In this document: positions 57,364 through 64,000 of the stretch, in pieces
How positions within the stretch are numbered: position 1 is the stretch's first letter
Layout of the letters: each line of letters begins with the position of its first letter
Origin: Coniocarpon cinnabarinum
Lineage: Eukaryota
Direction of reading: 5' to 3'
Length of the DNA stretch: 64,000 nt
Assembly: GCA_051942205.1 (NCBI GenBank)
Contig: JAVECO010000050.1
Location: 62,001-126,000 of the forward strand
Translations under genes and position numbers: made by a program
The notes under the pieces: generated by a model
Database searches by the model: none
Told to the model about the DNA's origin: nothing
The model's input: only the letters and a program-made list of their open reading frames with translations

Positions 57364-58127
57364 ATGGTGCGCACCTCAGTGCTCAACGACGCGTTAAAGA
57401 CAATCAACAATGCAGAGAAGGCGGGCAAGCGTCAGTGCATGGTGAGACCGAGCTCCAAGGTCATTGTGAAGTTCTTGCAGGTCATGCAGAATCATGGTAA
57501 GTCCAATGGCGACCATGCAGCATTACGCAACAGATCGCGAAGGAGCCTGGGCCGTGCAATCGAGCTCGGAAAGAATGTGGACTCCTGGGACGCTCAAGAT
57601 GACAAAGAGATATTTGGATCACACAACCGGGTTGATAACTAGGCGCCGGCTTGACCGTCCATTGCGACATTTCAGTGGCCTGCGACCTTTTGAGTTCCTG
57701 GAAGATGAAGCAAAACCAACGTAGATTCTTACACGGCCGCTGAGATGTCACTGAAGCATACCGTTTATATCTACGATACAATGCTGACACGATCGCTATA
57801 CAGGCTACATCGGCGAATTTGAGGAGGTTGATGATCACCGCAATGGCAAAATTGTCATTCAGCTGAACGGCAGGTGAGTGATTTTTCGTGCAATGAGTCC
57901 AGATATCCCCACATCATTTACTTACACAATACCATAGACTCAATAAGACCGGCGTCATCAATCCTCGCTACAACGTTCAGCTGCGAGACATGGAGAAATG
58001 GGTTGTTGCATTGCTGCCATCACGTCAGTTCGGTAAGGTCGTGTTGACGACATCGGCCGGCATCATGGACCATGACGAAGCCAGGAGAAAGCACGTGGCG
58101 GGGAAGATCCTGGGTTTCTTCTATTAG
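57364..58127 (+). CDS. RPS22: 40S ribosomal protein S22 (uS8), 3 exons
   Basis: [24 protein letters not shown]...[39 protein letters not shown]...LPSRQFG...GKILGFFY*. Intron 1 57497-57803. Confidence 0.97.
57626..57783 (+). ncRNA. snR44: Intronic box H/ACA snoRNA, probable snR44 homolog
   Basis: Two hairpins (CCGGG..CCTGG and CGTAGA..TCTACG). H box AGATGA 57703-57708 and ACA 57778-57780, each 14 nt from its pocket. Pockets GATAACT/TTTGA and TTCTTACA/TTTA complement the yeast 18S U106 and 25S U1056 flanks as I recall them. Yeast snR44 is hosted in an RPS22B intron. Confidence 0.85.
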
Positions 58128-58698
58128 AGTCGACGTTCCCGCGATAAAACTGACGCGGAAGATCAAAAACTACTGATCAGAGCAAAATCTCATTGAAAGC
58201 TTCGAGAACCACATTCGCGACACTCAGATAGTTCAGTAAGTCTTGTCCGTAGGTGTAAGTTCAGACATCTCCCAATCGAGACGACTTAGTCGCATGACTT
58301 TCCAAGTCTGTTCTATATCGGGTAATTCTTAGCGCACACATGTCTGCGATTGATAAGATCAATGAAGCAGCTTCTGAGCATTGCAGGCCACATTTGTTTC
58401 CAACTTCACATGCATGATGGCTGCCTGGCAGAGAGCGAAATTATGGCTAAGACGTTAAATGAGGCACGTGAAAGCGGTGAGAAAATTGAGAGAGGGGCGT
58501 ACACCTCTTGCCTTGAAGACGTACCACCTATTTATTCCTTCCCTTGCCTCTCCCCAACTCAACTTTTCCTTCACCGACACTGTTGCCATCACAGCGTTGT
58601 GGACGAACCATTGCTGAGATTTCTTGTCACAACCGCTAATCCTTTGCCCTTCTAGACTTCTAGTTGCTCTTTCTGAGCAACTAAGAAGCACAAAGACA

Positions 58699-59479
58699 AT
58701 GCCGCCGAAGGAGAAGGCACGCGCTTTTCACACCCTCAAGGAGCTCTTGGAGCACCGTGATTGGGCGTTCAACCCACCAAAGGCCAGCGTGCGTTGAGAA
58801 ATCTCATTTATTACTGTACCATCACTGACGCCATTTGCTAGCAATCCGACGACGCTGGGTCTGCTGCCAACGTCGAGGAGTCGACGACGCCAATCTCTTC
58901 CGGTAAGTGTGCGTCATTCCCAGCTGCTTTTCTCACTCACTCATAGTGTAGCAGCCAGCAAGACGGAGCCTGTCAGTCCCAAGTACTCACAGGCCACCCT
59001 GGAGGAGATGCGTAACTTGGCGGTCGAGCCGAAAGATGACCCCGACGCTAAGATCGATGAATTGTAAGTACTTCAACGATTCCTGGCTGCTGAATGACTA
59101 GCTGACCATCTCTACCTAAAGCATGAAGGAGGCCAAAGTCAATCGCGAGGATGAGCCAGAGAGCCACGCAACAACTTCTCGCACTCCATCAGACTCTGAC
59201 AGCAATGGAGAATCTACTCATGAAGATGCTGCATCAGTCTGCAGCATTCCATCAAACGTCAGAAGTCGTGAGTGGTCTCCAGTGCCGGCCAGGCGCCCAG
59301 AAACCCCGGGAGAGCGCGCAGACAGGGCCCTTAGGCGCATGGCGTTGACCATAGAGCTGGCGTTGGTGAATCAGCGTTGGGCCGACCCGCGAGATGCAGC
59401 ACGAGGCTCCCTTCAGATTCATCAGAGGGTTCTCGAGATGTTGAATGAGGTCTATCAGGATCCTGCGTCCCGACCATAG
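58699..59479 (+). CDS. Hypothetical/orphan protein, 4 exons
   Basis: MPPKEKARAFHTLKELLEHRDWAFNPPKAS|QSDD...|...KIDEF|MKEAK... Three GT-AG introns with CTGAC/CTCAT branch sites keep a single frame. Confidence 0.6.
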
Positions 59480-60133
59480 CAACCTTGAAGGGCAAATCAT
59501 ACCTCGTAGTCATCCAATCATGGAGCAGCGAGGGCACGTGTCTTAGCAGATGGAGACGCTAAATGCAAGGACGAAGATTGGAAATTCCAACGTCAAGGGC
59601 TAGAGCAAATCGAATGCCGAGTATCAGGATCATGACTGTCGACTCAACATGTCAACTTAGCATAAACGATAGCTGTGAACTGCAGAACCCTGAACTCATT
59701 TCAGCTGTGCCTTTCTCTGCTTCTATGTGACCTGTCCAATCCAATTGATTGATGCTTCTGCAATGCGTGTATGACAAGGAGGCATTGGGCACAGAGAGTG
59801 AAGGGATCACGGTTGAACATGCACGATAAAGATCGTGACCTACTATTCCAGGGTATTGATCCGCGCTATCACGTCTCAATGTCACCGAAGCGCTTCAGCT
59901 CCAGCTCCACAGTACAACAGTTGCATTCAATGTCCTGTTCATCCAACAGCGTCACCCCATCCAACAAATGCTTGATCGTGCTGCAGATCATCCTATCGAT
60001 ATGGCCACCTCCGAGTTGCATCTTGTGATCCTCACAATGTCTACAAAAGTAGGCTCCCTGGGAGGCCCTCATAGTCCCGGCGAGAGTCTGGTGCGCGTTT
60101 GGCAGATACCGTAAAATAGAGCATAGGAGAACA

Positions 60134-61094
60134 ATGAAGACGGTCGCGGAATTTGGGCTTCTCTCTTGCCTGACCACAACCTCGGTCAAGGCCGGCTGCC
60201 CCTCATCGTGTCAAGGAAATCTGCAGCTGTCCTGCCACAACTCCTCTGCTGTCCAGAATACCTGCTGTTTTAATGCCCCCGGTGGAGATCTCCTGCAGAC
60301 CCAGTTCTGGGACTATGATCCTGCCACGGGACCGTCGAACTCTTGGACCATCCATGGACTCTGGTTCGTTGCGTGTCACATTACTAGCCACTGAAGCGAG
60401 TCTAATATATGGAAGGCCAGACAACTGTGATGGCACATACCAGTCCAACTGCGACTCTGAACGAGAATACAAGAACATAAGCCAGATCTTGGAATCGTTT
60501 GGGCAGCAAGATCTCCTGTCTTTCATGCAGAGCAATTGGAAAGACGTTGATGGCAGCGATGAAAGCTTCTGGGAACATGAATGGGGAAAGCACGGCACCT
60601 GCATATCTACCCTTGAGCCATCTTGCTACACCGATTACACCCCACAGGAAGAGGTCGTAGACTTCTTCACTCGCACCGTGAACCTGTACAAGGGCCTTGA
60701 CACCTACACTTTCCTCAAAAATGCAGGCATCGTACCCAGCAACAGCAAGAGCTACACGCTGAAGAGTGTACAAGCTGCCCTTTCCGGTGCGCCCGGCCGT
60801 AACGGTACTTCGGCCTTTGTGGACTGTGATGACTCTGGTGCCATTAACCAAGTCTTCTACTATTACAATGTCCGCGGCTCGGTTCAAACTGGTGAGTTTG
60901 TCGCTGCGGACGTGGACGGCGGGTCCAAGACCTCATGTCCAAAGAATGTGAAGTACATGCCTAAGAAGAACGGCACGCAGCCTCGTACCAGCTCAACTGG
61001 CAGCTCGGCAAGACCGACAGCTACCCTGGAAGGAAGCTGTCGATCAAATGAAAAGTGGTCATCAAGAAACAAAGCCAGGTCATTCGCATACTGA
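60134..61094 (+). CDS. Secreted ribonuclease T2
   Basis: Signal-like N-terminus; CAS I WTIHGLW|PD; CAS II FWEHEWGKHGTC; conserved Cys. Intron approx. 60365-60415. Confidence 0.94.
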
Positions 61095-61766
61095 GATTAA
61101 AAGTCTTCTGAGCGAACGAATTGCCAAGCATGGATCTACACAAATTCTTTCGTTTCACAGGTTATTGTCGTGGAGACTAGTCTTTATAGTCCTACCAAAG
61201 CAGTATTTCGACTTTTGGTATTTTGAATCTGGACGTCCTTCAGCCTTCACTCTCTTTGATCATGTCGCAGCATCTCCATTATCATCCTCTACACCCAGCT
61301 CACGTTTGAATATGTGGTCTGTAATATCGTCCAGAGTTTGTTCATCGCCGATTCAAGCCTTGCCCCTGTTCACATGTGCGTGCCAAGCAACAGGGATTGC
61401 CTATAGGTGTCGACATCATATGCAAGGTGAAAAGAAGATCATGCACTAGCCTACCTCTTCTATCCGTTGAAGGAGATTTTGGCCAATCATTAGCAGGCAA
61501 AATTAATCCGGCTGCATGTGATTGCGTTTTGCTTCGAGTCATGGTGGAGTTCAGTGCAATATATGACTACGCTCTGCCTTTGCCTACAACTATTTCTTTT
61601 TCCTCGTCGTGCAACAGAGACCGCACGACACAACACACATACCATAGCCATCTGCGTCTTGATTTTCAGCGTTGTTAACCTCGAATGCACCGAGTGACTA
61701 ACTCTATCTTGTAGATCTCGTAGATCTCGTATATTCGTCTGAATATTTCAGGCGAGAGCGACTCCA

Positions 61767-64000
61767 ATGGCGACGGGTGCAACCACACTCGTCGCATTGG
61801 CCAGCAACATCACCAACGAGTTGGGCGTTCTTGATCGGAGTCTCGCCACCCTCGGATACATCAACAGCAAGTCCCGCAATGCGGGAGGATCTATCAACAG
61901 CGTGATGTCGCAGCTGCCTACTCTCCGGTTGTCCCTTTCTCAACTGTTGCAGTGGATGCAATTTGCATCTGCAGACGTGCAGGGCGAATCCATCCTGCTT
62001 GACAACCTGGAAATCTCCATCAACGGCTCTGAATCGCTTCTCAACTTGCTTAACGCCGAGATTCAGAACCTTGCCAATGGAAACTCCCATGACAGGTCGC
62101 TCCTCAAGAAGACGCAACTCCTATTGATTGATAGGGTGCTGCAAGAGCGACAAAAGCAGCTCGATTTTCACATTCTGTTCCTGTCATATTTGTTGCACGC
62201 AATTGGCTGGTGAGTAAGCAATGAGCAGAAACTCCTTGCACACTCTGATAATGGAGAAATAGTCAAACAGCAGCAGAGCGCGAGAGATTCCTCACGAACG
62301 CGAAAGTGAAACAGATTGCTCAGGCCATTGAAGCGGACAATCTATCCACATCTAGGTACCGCAATCCAGGTGAGCACTTGACAGGACAGACAAGCTCTAA
62401 AGTAAGTAATTTGCACTGGACTCCAGCTTGAGGTCACTTCCGGACCCTCATGTCACATGAGTGCTGAGCCATAACGAGGTTCGGTCGTGGCGGCCATGCT
62501 ATGTCGTTCAGGCAAGATTGTGACTGACAGGAGTTTGCAGGACTTGCTACAAGATCCAGCACACGAGGCAACAACTGATTCCCACTACTCTGCTACCGAA
62601 ACAAGCAATCAAAGCTTGCTAAGACCGGCACAAGGACCGCAAAAGGAAGAGTCAGTGAAAACAGATCGAGACAAACACAACGAAAAAGTCGCGTTAGTTG
62701 CGAAACAAACAAAACACGATCAAGCCTTGCTGCAAATACCCAAAACCGAGCCTGACTCGAACCGTTCTCTCAGTCGATTCAAACGATTGAAAAGCTTTTC
62801 ACATCTATCAGATGCCAAACTTACTCGAAAGGCCTCTAAACCGTCAATTATGCCTGCTACTGAAACTCCGGATGTCCGCAAAGTGCTGCTACTGGGCGCC
62901 AGTGGCAGTGGCAAGACGACACTTCTTCGCTCGTTTATGGGACTCGGAGGAGCATCCCCTGCACCGATCGACCGGCTCATGTTTCCCTCATGTCTCACTG
63001 ATACCCTTTGCGAGCGTCTGTTTGCTGTGGTCAATGGTATGCGTCAATTAGAGATTGAGCCGCAGACGGAGGCTGCTCAAGAAGCCTTACGCATGATCAA
63101 AAGCGAGGGCTTGAACACGGACAACCATTCAAAGCTTTGTAGTGCTGCACAAGCGTTTGCAGAAGATCCCGCCATCGAAGGTGCTTGTAGAAGCAGTCGT
63201 CGCTGCCACGTCCCAAAGGACACGCACTTGTAGGTGTTCTATCACTCTTTCCATAGACCACACTGACATTCAACAGTCTGCTCAAAAACGCGACACGACT
63301 CATTATCGAGCAAGAAATCAGCGAGGAGGATTGTTTCCGGGTATGGAATCGATCCACGGGAATCTGCCAGTAAGTTACCCTTTCCCCTTCATGTCTCTAC
63401 AATCTATCTTACCCAACCATTCATTTCCGCGCTTTTAACACTCATACGCTCTTGCTAACGTAACCATTGCAAAGTCACAAAATCACATCTGAAGACAAAC
63501 AGTACGCAATCTACGACTATGCTGGCTGTCGAAGTGAGCGCAAGAAATGGCATGAGTCATTCACTGGAACCCGTGCGGTCATATTCGTGGTTGACGTGAC
63601 CTGTTGGAACGACGCGCTCTTCGAAGCTCACGACAGCGAATCGATGGCAGAAAGCCTTGCACTTTTCGACGCCATCATCAATTCAAAGTGGTTCACTGAT
63701 GTACCGGTGATTCTGGTCTTCACCAACCGCAGGTCACTCAAACAGAAGCTGCAGGCTGACCCTCTGCAACATTATTTTCCGGACTTTGAAGGAGGAGACG
63801 ATGAGCACGTGGCGCTTTTTCGGATCAAAAAAGCCTTCAAAGAGAGGATCAGACGCTCCAGGATCACTGTCACTGCTATAGCAACGGACGTGGAGGATGA
63901 ACTACGCGACCCAGCTGAGAAGATTTTGAATGTGTTGGATGAGGTGATTGTCGAGAAGAGCGGCTCCGATGCGTCCTCCACCAATGTCGTGGAAAAGCCC
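61767..64000 (+). CDS. HeLo-like/STAND N-terminal domain fused to a degenerate heterotrimeric G-protein alpha-like domain; runs off the right edge
   Basis: Introns 62210-62262, 62402-62540, approx. 63230-63276 and 63370-63474 join all parts in one frame. G-alpha hallmarks: KVLLLGASGSGKTT, STGI, RSERKKW, AVIFVVD, ESLALFDAIINSKWFTDVPVIL and PLQHYFPDFEG. Confidence 0.8.

Noticed and set aside
1..64000. tRNA, rRNA, CRISPR array, intact transposon or secondary-metabolite cluster
   Set aside because: No T-loop/cloverleaf, rRNA, repeat-spacer array, transposase/RT or PKS/NRPS motifs seen by eye. Co-occurrence of PBS2 and the dehydrin-like gene 48 kb apart is treated as coincidence.

Overview
Gene-dense eukaryotic DNA from a filamentous ascomycete (Pezizomycotina, species not determinable), with short GT-AG introns and CTRAC branch points. 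The ORF track therefore fragments or misses most genes, and I rebuilt them by hand from splice signals. About 28 protein-coding loci are present. Most are housekeeping: SPT20, choline kinase, GTR2, the RPS25/RPS5 head-to-head pair, GST, an EST1/SMG7-like gene, ADO1, LSM7, APC4, PBS2, RPS22 and RNase T2. I saw no intact transposon, tRNA or rRNA. Most notable: (1) a gene running off the right edge fuses a HeLo-like/STAND N-terminal helical domain to a G-alpha-like domain that has lost both catalytic residues and the NKxD motif; (2) an H/ACA snoRNA (snR44-like) lies in the RPS22 intron, with a 15-bp complementarity between its two hairpin tops; (3) Gtr2 has G-to-A in the DxxG switch motif; (4) an alpha-arrestin is frameshifted; (5) alternating C-rich and G-rich blocks flip codon usage inside several genes. 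Family assignments are from motif recognition only; no database search was run.
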